A DNA stretch of 64,000 bases from assembly GCA_013151235.1 (NCBI GenBank), contig JAADIO010000019.1, positions 1 to 64,000 of the forward strand, written 5' to 3'. Below the pieces are notes generated by a model, which was not told where the DNA came from, made no database searches, and was given only the letters and a program-made list of their open reading frames with translations. The position numbers and the translations under genes were made by a program. This DNA is from Deltaproteobacteria bacterium (GTDB lineage Bacteria > CG2-30-53-67). Below, piece by piece: positions 38,248-47,757 of the stretch; within the stretch, counting starts at the first letter, position 1, and the number at the start of each line of letters is the position of its first letter.

Positions 38248-38613
38248 TTAAAAGGGCAAAATTACCTCCTGTTTTTTCATAAAGGCCATGATTTCGGCGG
38301 ACTCCAGAACTTCCACGTCAATCATGAGATCTTCGACGGTTAATCCTCGTTCTGTGAGTGCGGTTTTGTCTACGATGATCCGTTCGACTCCATAGTCTTC
38401 CAGGACCCGAAAAGCACTGGAAAACGCCTTAGTTCCCAATTCCATTGTATCCTGCCCTTTTTTCAGCACATAGACTCCGTCATCCATCAAGACCAAGGTG
38501 ATCGCTTGTTCATATGTACAGAAGATCAGGAGCGCCTCCAATCCTTCATGGGTATATATCGTTCCATGAGGCGCCTTCCTCATGAGAAAGGTTATTTTCT
38601 TCTTTTTGGACAT
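38248..38613 (-). CDS. dsrF: Second DsrF/TusC paralog
   Basis: RKAPHGTIYTHEGLE, DDGVYVLKKGQD and RGLTVEDL; colinear with the 28979 copy. Confidence 0.9.
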   Translation of the reverse strand: MSKKKKITFLMRKAPHGTIYTHEGLEALLIFCTYEQAITLVLMDDGVYVLKKGQDTMELGTKAFSSAFRVLEDYGVERIIVDKTALTERGLTVEDLMIDVEVLESAEIMAFMKKQEVILPF

Positions 38614-38794
38614 CTGTGAATCACCCTTCCTTCCTAAAACACGTTATTTCAGCTGTAAGACTTCATATATCTGCATCATAAGATATTCGGAGCTTCCCTT
38701 CAAGTAAAAACTTGACAAAACAAATTGACAATAAGGGAAATATGCCGTTTCAATGCCCCTTTTTGTTCATTGCTGTAGTTGTGAAGTAAACCAC

Positions 38795-39808
38795 TTAGAG
38801 GTTTTTTTTGTCGATTCCTTTTGCTGCAAGCTGTAAGCCGACGGAAACGGCTTCCATTAAACTGGAAGGGTCGGCTTTTCCTTGGCCTGAAATATCGAAG
38901 GCCGTTCCGTGATCCACGGAAGTTCGGATGATCGGCAGGCCCAGGGTCACGTTGACCCCCTTTTCAAAGGCGATCATTTTCAGGGGAATCAGTCCCTGAT
39001 CGTGATACATGGAGACGATGGCATGGAAACGTCCGTGATAGGCCTGATGAAAGACCGTATCCGGAGGCAGCGGCCCTGTGACGTTGATTCCCTTTTTTTG
39101 GGACGCAATGACGGCGGGCAGAATAATCTTCTCTTCTTCCTCCCCGAAGAGGCCGTGTTCTCCAGCATGGGGGTTCAGCGCGGCGACGGCGATACGGGGG
39201 GAGGAAAAACCGAGGTCGAGCATTGCCTGATGAGCAAGTAGAATCTTCTTTTCAATATTCCCAGGCGTCAATGCATGGGGAACCTCCCTCAATGCGAGGT
39301 GGGTCGTGACAAGAATAACACGGATCGGTCCTCCCATGAGCATCATTGCGAATTGCGAGGTCCCCGTTTTCGCCGCGAGGAGTTCCGTGTGGCCGGCGAA
39401 GTTGAATCCTGCAAGATGGACCGCTTCCTTGTGGATCGGTGCTGTGACAATGGCATCTATATCTCCTTTCAGCGCAGCGTCTATGGCAGCAAGGACATAT
39501 TCAATCGAGGCACGGCCAGCCGCGGCCGATACTTCTCCGGGAGCGAAGTCGGCAGGAGCGATATTTTTAAAATCGAGGAGACAGGGGTTTGTCTCCCGCC
39601 GGGAGAACTCTTTGATATCCGACAGGACATGAAAGGGGCTCTGTATTGCGAGATGTTCCGCCAGAGTGTCAAAAACGGCGGCGCTGCCGAAAACAAGGGG
39701 AAGAAAATCCTCCATCTCCTTCCGACGGTTGAGCAGGGCCAGGATGATCTCCGGGCCGATACCGGCGGGATCACCCATGGTGATTCCGATGACCGGAAGT
39801 CTCTTCAT
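38795..39808 (-). CDS. pdxA: 4-hydroxythreonine-4-phosphate dehydrogenase
   Basis: ITMGDPAGIGPE, GHTE, LNPHAGE, MYHDQG and RTSVDHGTAFDI motifs. Confidence 0.95.
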   Translation of the reverse strand: MKRLPVIGITMGDPAGIGPEIILALLNRRKEMEDFLPLVFGSAAVFDTLAEHLAIQSPFHVLSDIKEFSRRETNPCLLDFKNIAPADFAPGEVSAAAGRASIEYVLAAIDAALKGDIDAIVTAPIHKEAVHLAGFNFAGHTELLAAKTGTSQFAMMLMGGPIRVILVTTHLALREVPHALTPGNIEKKILLAHQAMLDLGFSSPRIAVAALNPHAGEHGLFGEEEEKIILPAVIASQKKGINVTGPLPPDTVFHQAYHGRFHAIVSMYHDQGLIPLKMIAFEKGVNVTLGLPIIRTSVDHGTAFDISGQGKADPSSLMEAVSVGLQLAAKGIDKKNL

Positions 39809-39864
39809 TTTTCACCTCCATTCCGGAAAGAAGGTAACAGAATCTCCGATCCATTGTCAACCCG

Positions 39865-39944
39865 CAAAGGGGTCAAGTCTGCTTTTGGCTTTTATTCTGA
39901 TAGAATGTTTCACAAAAAAGCCAAAAGCAGACTTGACCCCTTTG
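39865..39944. repeat. Perfect 29 bp inverted repeat with 22 nt spacer
   Basis: CAAAGGGGTCAAGTCTGCTTTTGGCTTTT ... AAAAGCCAAAAGCAGACTTGACCCCTTTG. Confidence 0.9.
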
Positions 39945-39946
39945 GC

Positions 39947-39974
39947 TTGACAAAGCAGAAAGGGGTGGTATACT
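39947..39974 (+). promoter_or_regulatory. Sigma-70 promoter for DUF4912-GH57
   Basis: TTGACA-16-TATACT with an extended TG. Confidence 0.65.
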
Positions 39975-40057
39975 CGGACCCTTCATCCGAGCTGGGAGTT
40001 ACGCTTTTATGATTTAATGTACCTCTATTTTGATGAATTTACAGGGGAGAAGGTCCG

Positions 40058-41155
40058 ATGAGAAAGCATGCTCTGGAAGAGATGACGAAGAGCTCCTTGA
40101 TGAAAATGGCCAGGGAAGTGAAGCTCTCCGGGCGTAGCAGGATGACGAAGGGAGAACTGGTCCAGGCACTCTCCCACAAGAACAAAGCCGGGAAAGGGGA
40201 GGAACGGGGTGTGAAACGCCGGGAAAAGAATATTTTAAAGGCGTCTACCTTGCGATCTGCACTAGAACACCGGCCGGTCCGGCGAAAGATGCATTTGTTG
40301 GAGAGTTGTCAGGAGGAGGTTGAGCGGGTCCGGTTTGAGCCTGGGATGGAGGAGAAATCATTTCCGGCGCCTCCTCCGGTTATCGAGGAACTTCCGGAAG
40401 GTTACGGGGATGACCGGATCGTTCTGATGGTGCGGGATCCCTACTGGATCTATGCTTACTGGGAGATCCAGGAAGGGACGATTGCCCAGGCCTTGCACAA
40501 GAATGGTCTGGCGGAACATGCCTACCGGCAGGTCGTGCGGGTCTACGCCGGCGACCAAGTCCATTTCAGCGATATTGATGTAGAAGGGTTGACGAATAAC
40601 TGGTATATCAACATGGGGCGTCCCGATACCGAATTCTTCGCGGATTTCGGAGTGATGGTTGGCGAACGGTTCCTGCGGCTGGTCCGGTCGAACTCCGTGC
40701 AGACGCCACGGGCCGGGATGTCGGACGTAGTGGATGAGCAGTGGGTGACCCTGAATGAAGAGGCGGAGGAGATGTACGCCTTGTCCGGTGGTTTCCGGAT
40801 CGGCAGGGGAGAAGGATCGGCAGGATTACAGGAGACGCAGGCCCGTCGGTTTGAAGCGGAACTTTCTTCCGGGGGCATCAGCAGCTTTTTCGGGAGCGGC
40901 CGTTTCCGTGAAATGCCCCGCAGGGGGTTCTGGTACCAACTGGATGCTGAACTGATCGTCTACGGGGCAACGGAACCGGACGCTTGGGTCACCCTGCAGG
41001 GAAAGCCGATCCGCCTCCGTCCGGACGGGACCTTTACGGCCCGCTTTGCCCTGCCGGATGGCCGACAGGTGATTCCCGTGACATTTGTTTCCGCCGACCG
41101 GGTGGATGAGGCCACGGTGACGCCCCGGGTTGAGCGGAAAACGGATCGGCAATAG
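40058..41155 (+). CDS. DUF4912 protein with Rho-N-like N-terminus
   Basis: SGRSRMTKGELVQAL, LMVRDPYWIYAYWEI, RSNSVQTP and DAELIVYGATEP motifs. Confidence 0.88.
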   Translation: MRKHALEEMTKSSLMKMAREVKLSGRSRMTKGELVQALSHKNKAGKGEERGVKRREKNILKASTLRSALEHRPVRRKMHLLESCQEEVERVRFEPGMEEKSFPAPPPVIEELPEGYGDDRIVLMVRDPYWIYAYWEIQEGTIAQALHKNGLAEHAYRQVVRVYAGDQVHFSDIDVEGLTNNWYINMGRPDTEFFADFGVMVGERFLRLVRSNSVQTPRAGMSDVVDEQWVTLNEEAEEMYALSGGFRIGRGEGSAGLQETQARRFEAELSSGGISSFFGSGRFREMPRRGFWYQLDAELIVYGATEPDAWVTLQGKPIRLRPDGTFTARFALPDGRQVIPVTFVSADRVDEATVTPRVERKTDRQ

Positions 41156-41258
41156 ATAAACGGCCGCCGCTTCTTGCCTGCGGAGCGTTACTTCCAGACA
41201 GTTCCTTACCGGCCGGGAAATATGCAAAACATTTCCGTTCTGTTCTTATGAGGTTACG

Positions 41259-42842
41259 ATGTTTAAAGGTTATCTCTGCCTGATGTTGCATGCCCATCTT
41301 CCCTACGTCCGCCATCCGGAATATCGGGACTTTCTGGAAGAGGACTGGTTCTACGAGGCGATGACCGAGACCTACATCCCCCTGCTCCAGGTCTTTGAAG
41401 GTCTGGTCCGTGACGGGATCAATTTTCGGATTACGATGTCCCTCACTCCTACGCTTCTCTCCATGATGACCGACCCTCTCCTGCTGGAGCGATACCTTCG
41501 CGATCTTAATAAACGGATTGATCTTGCTGAACGGGAAGTGGAGCGGACCCGCTGGCTGCCGGAATTTCATTCCCTGGCCCAGATGTACTTTTTCCGTCTT
41601 CACAAGGTGCGGGACTGTTTCGAAGACCGCAATGGTTGCAATATCGTCCCGGCCTTCCAAAAACTTCAGGATTCAGGGGTCCTGGAAATCACCACCTGTG
41701 GGGCCACTCACGGATTTCTTCCCCTCATGGACGTACACCGACCGGCCGTGACCGCCCAAGTCCGGACGGCCTGTGAACATTACGAGAAGCTCCTGGGACG
41801 GCGTCCCCGGGGGATCTGGCTTCCTGAATGCGGTTTCACCCCGGCGCTGGACGAGGTACTCCGGGAAGAGGGGATTCGGTATTTCTTTACCGAAAGCCAC
41901 GGGATCCTCCATGCTTCCCCCCGCCCCAAGTTCGGTGTCTTTGCCCCGATCGTGACCCCTTCCGGCGTGGCCGCCTTCGGACGGGACATGGAATCGTCCA
42001 AGCAGGTCTGGAGTGCGGAAGAGGGATATCCGGGGGACTACGATTACCGGGAATTTTACCGGGATATCGGTTTTGACCTGGAATACGACTATATTCGCCC
42101 CTATCTCCATGAAGATGGGATCCGAATCAATACGGGGATCAAGTATTACCGGATCACCGGACCGGGTACCGGGAAGCTCCCTTACGATCCGCATCGGGCG
42201 ATGGAGAAGGCGGCGGAGCATGCCGCTAACTTCATGTTCAACAGGGAAAAACAGGCGGAGTTTCTTTACGGGAAGATGGGGCGGATGCCGATCCTCACGG
42301 CCCCCTATGATGCCGAACTTTTCGGTCACTGGTGGTATGAAGGGCCGGAATGGATCAACCTGCTGCTCCGGAAGGTTGTCCATGATCAGAAGGTCTTACG
42401 GTTGATCACCCCGTCGGAATATCTGAATGAGAATCCAACCCTTCAGGTCTCCATGCCGTCCATGTCAAGCTGGGGGCACAAGGGGTATGCCGAGGTCTGG
42501 CTGGAAGGGAGCAACGACTGGATCTACAGGCACCTTCACAAGGCGGCGGAGCGGATGACGGAGCTGGCCGACCGTTTCGAAGGTCAAAACGGTCTGACAC
42601 GTCGCGCCCTGAACCAGGCGGCCCGTGAACTCCTACTGGCCCAGAGTTCCGACTGGGCTTTCATTATGAAGACCGGAACGATGGTCGAGTATGCCGTGAA
42701 GCGGACCAAGGACCACCTCCTCCGGTTTACCCGTCTCTACGAGGAACTTCATGAAAACAGGATTGATGAGGGATTCCTCTCCATGATCGAAGAACGGGAC
42801 AATATCTTTCCGGATATCAACTTCGAAGTCTATAAATCGTAG
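41259..42842 (+). CDS. GH57 1,4-alpha-glucan branching enzyme
   Basis: LHAHLPYVRH, GIWLPECG, PYDAELFGHWWYEG and RELLLAQSSDWAF motifs. Confidence 0.93.
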   Translation: MFKGYLCLMLHAHLPYVRHPEYRDFLEEDWFYEAMTETYIPLLQVFEGLVRDGINFRITMSLTPTLLSMMTDPLLLERYLRDLNKRIDLAEREVERTRWLPEFHSLAQMYFFRLHKVRDCFEDRNGCNIVPAFQKLQDSGVLEITTCGATHGFLPLMDVHRPAVTAQVRTACEHYEKLLGRRPRGIWLPECGFTPALDEVLREEGIRYFFTESHGILHASPRPKFGVFAPIVTPSGVAAFGRDMESSKQVWSAEEGYPGDYDYREFYRDIGFDLEYDYIRPYLHEDGIRINTGIKYYRITGPGTGKLPYDPHRAMEKAAEHAANFMFNREKQAEFLYGKMGRMPILTAPYDAELFGHWWYEGPEWINLLLRKVVHDQKVLRLITPSEYLNENPTLQVSMPSMSSWGHKGYAEVWLEGSNDWIYRHLHKAAERMTELADRFEGQNGLTRRALNQAARELLLAQSSDWAFIMKTGTMVEYAVKRTKDHLLRFTRLYEELHENRIDEGFLSMIEERDNIFPDINFEVYKS

Positions 42843-42853
42843 CTGTTCAGCGT

Positions 42854-44866
42854 TTACTTCGTAATCCCCATTGCCTTCCGCATGATCAGCAGGGCATCGG
42901 ACAGATCAATCACTCCATCAGGGTTCCCCTGTGGGTAGATGTCGCCCCGTCCCAGGTCGAGGGCGGTGGGGGTGATCAGGCCCGATGCGATACGAAGGGC
43001 GATCATGGCATCGGCCGCATCGACGGTTCCGTCCGGGTTTCCGTGAGGGGCAATGTCTCCTATGATGGCTTGAGGAACGGACTGAGGATTGAGGGGATCG
43101 GAAAATCCGGTGACCTCCTCTCCGTCACTGAAGCTGTCGCCGTCGGTATCCCACTGGACCGGGTCGGTATTGTACGTCAGGACCTCTTCGCCATCCAGCA
43201 GACCATCACTGTCGGTATTCCGGACCAGCGGGTTTGCACCGTATTGAAGCTCCAGATCATGGATCAATCCGTCTCCATCGGCGTCGAGACTGATCCGTCC
43301 TGCACCGTATAGGTTGTCCTTTCCGCTGCTCCCCAGGTCGATTGTTTCACTCTCCAGCCGGTTCATGAGTTGACTCACTGTCAGTGTTGGGTCCTGCTCC
43401 AGAAGGAGGGCCGCCGCACCCGCCGTATGGGGGGAGGCCGCCGAGGTTCCATAAAATGTCCCGTAGATTGAGTTGGTAACCCCGTCTGTTGCAGTGACGT
43501 CCGGTTTGATCCGTCCGTCGTTGGTCGGCCCCCTGGAGCTGTACCCCCGGAGATTATCGGTGAGGTTGACGGCACCGGCCGCCAGGACGCCGGTGGCGTC
43601 GGCCGGCTGGGCAAGACTGTTCTCCCGGTTCCGGTACTCCAGGGAAGAAACATTGAGAAAAAAGACGGAGAGAGCATGGTCGGCATCACCGGTGGTTTTT
43701 TTCTTGATCACCAGATAATAGGTTGCCGATGCGGGAGCGGTATACACAAGGTTTTCATAGGGTTGACCGGCCCAGGTCGGTCCTTGGTTGTTCTGTGAGG
43801 AGGCCACGACCTGTGCCCCCGGATTCGTGTCCGGGTCGATATCATAGAGAAAGAGATCGTAATCGTCGTAGGTTGTGGGGTAGGCATCCCAGTCCATGAT
43901 GATTTGGAGGGTGACGCCGACATTGTCATGAAAACTTAAGGCCTCATCGTTGGGTGTAAATTCGTGCTTCCTGTCGTTGTCGGTGTCGGTCATTGTCCCC
44001 TGATAATGCATGTTGCCGTAATTTCCTGCGGCATTGACCCAGAGGATCCCGTGGTTGTAAGCGTCGTTGGCGATATCGCAGATTGGTCCCGTCCCGTCAT
44101 AAAAAGCAGCGCCGAACCAGGCGACGGAGTGATTGATCACCCGGATGCCGTGCGTGATGCAGTAATCTTTGGCGTTTCCGAGATCGACGTCGTTTCCGAT
44201 CTTCAGGAGATAAAGTTGTGCATCGGGGGCCATGTCGTGAATCACTTCGGCGACGGCCGTCCCGTGTTTTGTGGTCGCCTGTATGCCGCTCCCGGTATAA
44301 TCGACCGTCGTCACATTGGCGGGAACCTCACCTGCGTTTTGCGCCGTCGTCAGATTCTGGAAACCGAGATCGATGATTGCGACTTTTACGCCGGATCCGG
44401 TCACACCGATGGCATGGTGATCGGTGGCTCCCATGATGGATACTCCCTCACTTTCGGCAACCTCAAAGGGACGGTAGGGAAGGCGGATCTTTTCCAGGCC
44501 GGGCAGGGCGGTGGAGAGTTCCGGAATCCGGTCGAGGGGAAGTTTTACAACCAGACGGTTCCGATACCGGTGTCCCACGCTCCCGCCGAACTGCCGGATC
44601 AAGTTCCCGTTGATCCCGGTGCCTTGTTTGAACTCAAGGACGATTTCGATCCGGTCAGTTTCCAGAACGACTCTTCGTCCTTGAATCAGTTTCCGGACCC
44701 CGGGAAGTCCTTTCCGGACGAATGTATCCCGGATCGTTCTTATTTGTGAGCTGATCTTTGTCGGATGGACTTGTTTGCCGGCGGTAGCAGCGGGGACAAC
44801 CCCTGCAAAGAGCAGTAAAAAGGTTGGCAGGATAAAGCGGAACCATAAGAGGGCCTGTTGCCGCAT
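42854..44866 (-). CDS. Secreted S8 subtilase with Ca-binding DxDxDG repeats and a dockerin-like C-terminus
   Basis: Catalytic triad motifs VAIIDLG, HGTAVA and GTSAASPH; DADGDG, DSDG and DTDGD repeats; paired GD..P.GNPDG.VD..DA; start MRQQALLW at 44866. Confidence 0.88.
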   Translation of the reverse strand: MRQQALLWFRFILPTFLLLFAGVVPAATAGKQVHPTKISSQIRTIRDTFVRKGLPGVRKLIQGRRVVLETDRIEIVLEFKQGTGINGNLIRQFGGSVGHRYRNRLVVKLPLDRIPELSTALPGLEKIRLPYRPFEVAESEGVSIMGATDHHAIGVTGSGVKVAIIDLGFQNLTTAQNAGEVPANVTTVDYTGSGIQATTKHGTAVAEVIHDMAPDAQLYLLKIGNDVDLGNAKDYCITHGIRVINHSVAWFGAAFYDGTGPICDIANDAYNHGILWVNAAGNYGNMHYQGTMTDTDNDRKHEFTPNDEALSFHDNVGVTLQIIMDWDAYPTTYDDYDLFLYDIDPDTNPGAQVVASSQNNQGPTWAGQPYENLVYTAPASATYYLVIKKKTTGDADHALSVFFLNVSSLEYRNRENSLAQPADATGVLAAGAVNLTDNLRGYSSRGPTNDGRIKPDVTATDGVTNSIYGTFYGTSAASPHTAGAAALLLEQDPTLTVSQLMNRLESETIDLGSSGKDNLYGAGRISLDADGDGLIHDLELQYGANPLVRNTDSDGLLDGEEVLTYNTDPVQWDTDGDSFSDGEEVTGFSDPLNPQSVPQAIIGDIAPHGNPDGTVDAADAMIALRIASGLITPTALDLGRGDIYPQGNPDGVIDLSDALLIMRKAMGITK

Positions 44867-44920
44867 GATCTTCTCTTCATTATTTATAAGCAGCATGACG
44901 GAAGTACCCATTCTATGGAG

Positions 44921-44936
44921 AGCAATTTTCATGCCA
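44921..44936 (-). promoter_or_regulatory. Sigma-54 promoter for the subtilase
   Basis: Minus strand TGGCAT-GAAAA-TTGCT. Confidence 0.75.
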
Positions 44937-45050
44937 TGGAAGCGTGCCGAATAGGCTGCTTCAAGGAATCCGGAACTGTTTGATATTGTTTGATAATTTT
45001 GTGTGGGAAGTTTTTGTATCGGGATTCTTTTCACTGGGAGGAGGAAAAAA

Positions 45051-45096
45051 TTTGCCTAATTTGGGAAAAAGATTTCCCTATATGGGAAATCTTTTT
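45051..45096. promoter_or_regulatory. Candidate enhancer (bEBP) sites
   Basis: TTTGCCTAATTTGGGAAA adjacent to palindrome AAAAAGATTTCCC-TATAT-GGGAAATCTTTTT, 115-160 bp upstream of the sigma-54 promoter. Confidence 0.55.
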
Positions 45097-45254
45097 CTCT
45101 TTGTTGTCCGATGGCATAATTGCGAGGGGCACCGCGGAAAATGCCGCTTTCCAGCGGATTCCCTCTCTCCGATGGTGGAAGCTTTTCCAGAGGAAGGGAT
45201 CATCTCTCCTCCCCGCGGTAGAGCAAACTCCGAAGGTATGAGAGCGCAACCGAA

Positions 45255-45626
45255 TTAGTTGATGTATTTCTTCACGACATTAAGCAGGGTGTGCGACTGG
45301 ATCGGCTTGGCGATATAGTCGTTGGCACCCAGGGCCAGTCCCCGGCGTTTGTCTTCTTCGGCCCCTTCGGTCGTAATGATGATGATCGGGATTTCCTGTT
45401 TTTTCTCATCGTTCCGGATGAGACTGACAAGTTTCAAGCCGTCCATGACCGGCATGTTGATATCCGTCAGGATCAGGTCGAATTCCTGGCCCGAAAGTTT
45501 TTTCCAACCATCCACTCCGTCACTGGCCTCGACCAGGTTGCAGTCTCCGATCCGTTTGAGGGAGAAGATAATCAGTTGCCGCATGGTGGGCGAATCTTCA
45601 ACAATCAGAATATTGTGTTTGGCCAT
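45255..45626 (-). CDS. cheY: CheY-like response regulator
   Basis: ILIVEDS, LTDINMPVMDG and YIAKP motifs; last gene of the che operon. Confidence 0.88.
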   Translation of the reverse strand: MAKHNILIVEDSPTMRQLIIFSLKRIGDCNLVEASDGVDGWKKLSGQEFDLILTDINMPVMDGLKLVSLIRNDEKKQEIPIIIITTEGAEEDKRRGLALGANDYIAKPIQSHTLLNVVKKYIN

Positions 45627-45695
45627 TCCCTTTTCTCCTACATGATTGGAGGATGATGTGGTCAAAAAGGTCTCATAAACGGACCGTCCGGCTCT

Positions 45696-46544
45696 TTATG
45701 CCTGTGCCTGAGGTGTTTCGCTGAGCAGGCCCAGAAAGCCCTGAATGGTCGAAAGCTTTCGTTCCGACAATGAGTAGAGCTTTGCACTGTAGATCGCCGT
45801 GGCGGCATGTCCGGCCAGAAGGTTAAAAAGTTCAAAGTCGATATTTTTGAAAGACTCCTTTTGTGTCAGTAGCGTATAGATGACAAGGAGTCCGATTACA
45901 TCCTCTTTGATTTTCAGCGGGACACACGCGACGGGGTTGTTCAGGTCGATCCCCTCACGATTCAGATCTTCTGCAAAAAAACTCTCCCCCTGCGCGGCGA
46001 CTTCTCCAACCTTACCGTTTCCGATCTTGATGTTTGCGATCTCCTGTGGTTCGATCCCTTCCGCAGCCACGGTTACCATCTCGTTATGCTTCTCGTCGAG
46101 GAGCATGATGCCGAAGGTCTCGGCGCCGACGAGATTGATGACAATCTCCAGGATGATTCGCAGAACCTCTTTGTAGTCGAGGGTGGAGTGAAGCTGATGG
46201 GAGGCGATGTAGAGATTTGCCAGGTTATTGTTCTCCTCCTCCACTTCGAGATAGCGGTCGGCAAAGTCTTTGTTCTCCTGTTCCACCTCTTTATGTCGTT
46301 GCAGGAGACGTTCCTTGTCTTCTTTTAACGATTGTATTTTGGATTCCAGGTTCTGTAATTCCGCCTGCAGGTTGGGGTCCGTGGACCCGGTTTTGCCCGC
46401 TTCTTCCAATTGCAGGATCTTGAATCGGAGTTTTTCATTTTCCGCCATCAATTCCTTGGTGAACTCCGCACCTTTGTAGAAGATCTGCAGAAATTCTTCT
46501 CCTTTAACATTTTCCAGGTTGCTTCCGATTTTGTTCTCTTCCAT
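45696..46544 (-). CDS. Coiled-coil plus GAF domain protein
   Basis: N-terminal coiled coil; LHSTLD, ACVPLKI..IGLL and LLAGHAATAI GAF pattern. Confidence 0.8.
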   Translation of the reverse strand: MEENKIGSNLENVKGEEFLQIFYKGAEFTKELMAENEKLRFKILQLEEAGKTGSTDPNLQAELQNLESKIQSLKEDKERLLQRHKEVEQENKDFADRYLEVEEENNNLANLYIASHQLHSTLDYKEVLRIILEIVINLVGAETFGIMLLDEKHNEMVTVAAEGIEPQEIANIKIGNGKVGEVAAQGESFFAEDLNREGIDLNNPVACVPLKIKEDVIGLLVIYTLLTQKESFKNIDFELFNLLAGHAATAIYSAKLYSLSERKLSTIQGFLGLLSETPQAQA

Positions 46545-46664
46545 ACATCACTCCTTTCCGCAAAAGTCCGATCACGGAACGCGGACAAAAAGGATACGGA
46601 CTCTGTACAGGGTAACAAGTATATCATAACCCGAAACCCAATAATGATCAAGAAAATTCAATAG

Positions 46665-47744
46665 TTAGAGCGAACTTTCCATGCAGAGCGAAAGGATAGA
46701 TTCGCTGATTTGGTTCAAGGCCACCACGGAGTCCACGACCCCTTCCCGAATGGCTTCCGCCGGCATCCCGAAAATGACGGCTGTTTCCTCCGATTCGGCA
46801 ATGGTTCTTCCTTTTTGCTCCTTGATCGCACGCATCCCAATTTTTCCATCATCCCCCATTCCGGTCAGAAGTATACCGAGGGTTTTTTTGTGGAAGAGTT
46901 CGGCGGAAGACTGCATCAGGACGTCCACCGAGGGGATGTACTTGTCGAGAGGGCTGGGCGTATCGATCTGTACCCGTACGCCTTTTTTCCCCTTGACAAA
47001 GCGCATGTTCCGTCCCCCCGGAGCAATCAGTGCCCGTCCGGGACGGACGCGGTCTCCGTTTGCCGCTTCCTTGATTTCGAGAGCACAGAAGGCATTCAAG
47101 CGTTCTGCAAAGAGGCCTGTGAAACTGGCCGGCATATGTTGCACCACGACGATGGGGACCGGAAAGTTTCCTGGAAGATGGCTCAGAATCGACTGCAGAG
47201 CCGGCGGACCCCCCGTGGAAGCTCCGATAGCGACCAGGTCAAAGGGGGCGTCAACAGGCCTGGTCTCACATACCGGAATACGGGGGGACCTTCTGCGGAG
47301 GGTCTCGATCTGTTTCTTGACCTTTTCGATCCGGAGGTTCTTCAATCCCTCCACTTTTTCCACAAGAGGCCCCTCGATTTGTTCCAATTCGGTACTGATA
47401 TGATGTGTTGGCTTGACGATAAAATCAACGGCGCCGAGGTCGAGAGCCTTCAAAACATTTTCTTCGGTCCCCTCTGAACTGATGATGATGGTGGGGGTCG
47501 GGTGTTCCTGCATCAGCCAGCGGAGGAAGGTGAACCCGTCCATCTCCGGCATCTCCAGGTCGAGGGTAATCAGGTCGGGATTTATCTGCAGAGCCTGGGT
47601 GATTGCTTCTTTGCCGTTGAAGGCCGTTCCTGCAACTTTTACGCCGGGGATGGAGTTGAGGATGTCGGAGAGGAGCCGCCGCAGGTAGGCGGAATCGTCA
47701 ACGACCAGTGCCCGCAAGGGAGAATGTGCAGCGTGCTTTGCCAT
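46665..47744 (-). CDS. cheB: Chemotaxis methylesterase
   Basis: Receiver domain plus IGASTGGP, VQHMP and LTGMGDDG motifs. Confidence 0.95.
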   Translation of the reverse strand: MAKHAAHSPLRALVVDDSAYLRRLLSDILNSIPGVKVAGTAFNGKEAITQALQINPDLITLDLEMPEMDGFTFLRWLMQEHPTPTIIISSEGTEENVLKALDLGAVDFIVKPTHHISTELEQIEGPLVEKVEGLKNLRIEKVKKQIETLRRRSPRIPVCETRPVDAPFDLVAIGASTGGPPALQSILSHLPGNFPVPIVVVQHMPASFTGLFAERLNAFCALEIKEAANGDRVRPGRALIAPGGRNMRFVKGKKGVRVQIDTPSPLDKYIPSVDVLMQSSAELFHKKTLGILLTGMGDDGKIGMRAIKEQKGRTIAESEETAVIFGMPAEAIREGVVDSVVALNQISESILSLCMESSL

Positions 47745-47757
47745 GGCGTGCTTCCTT

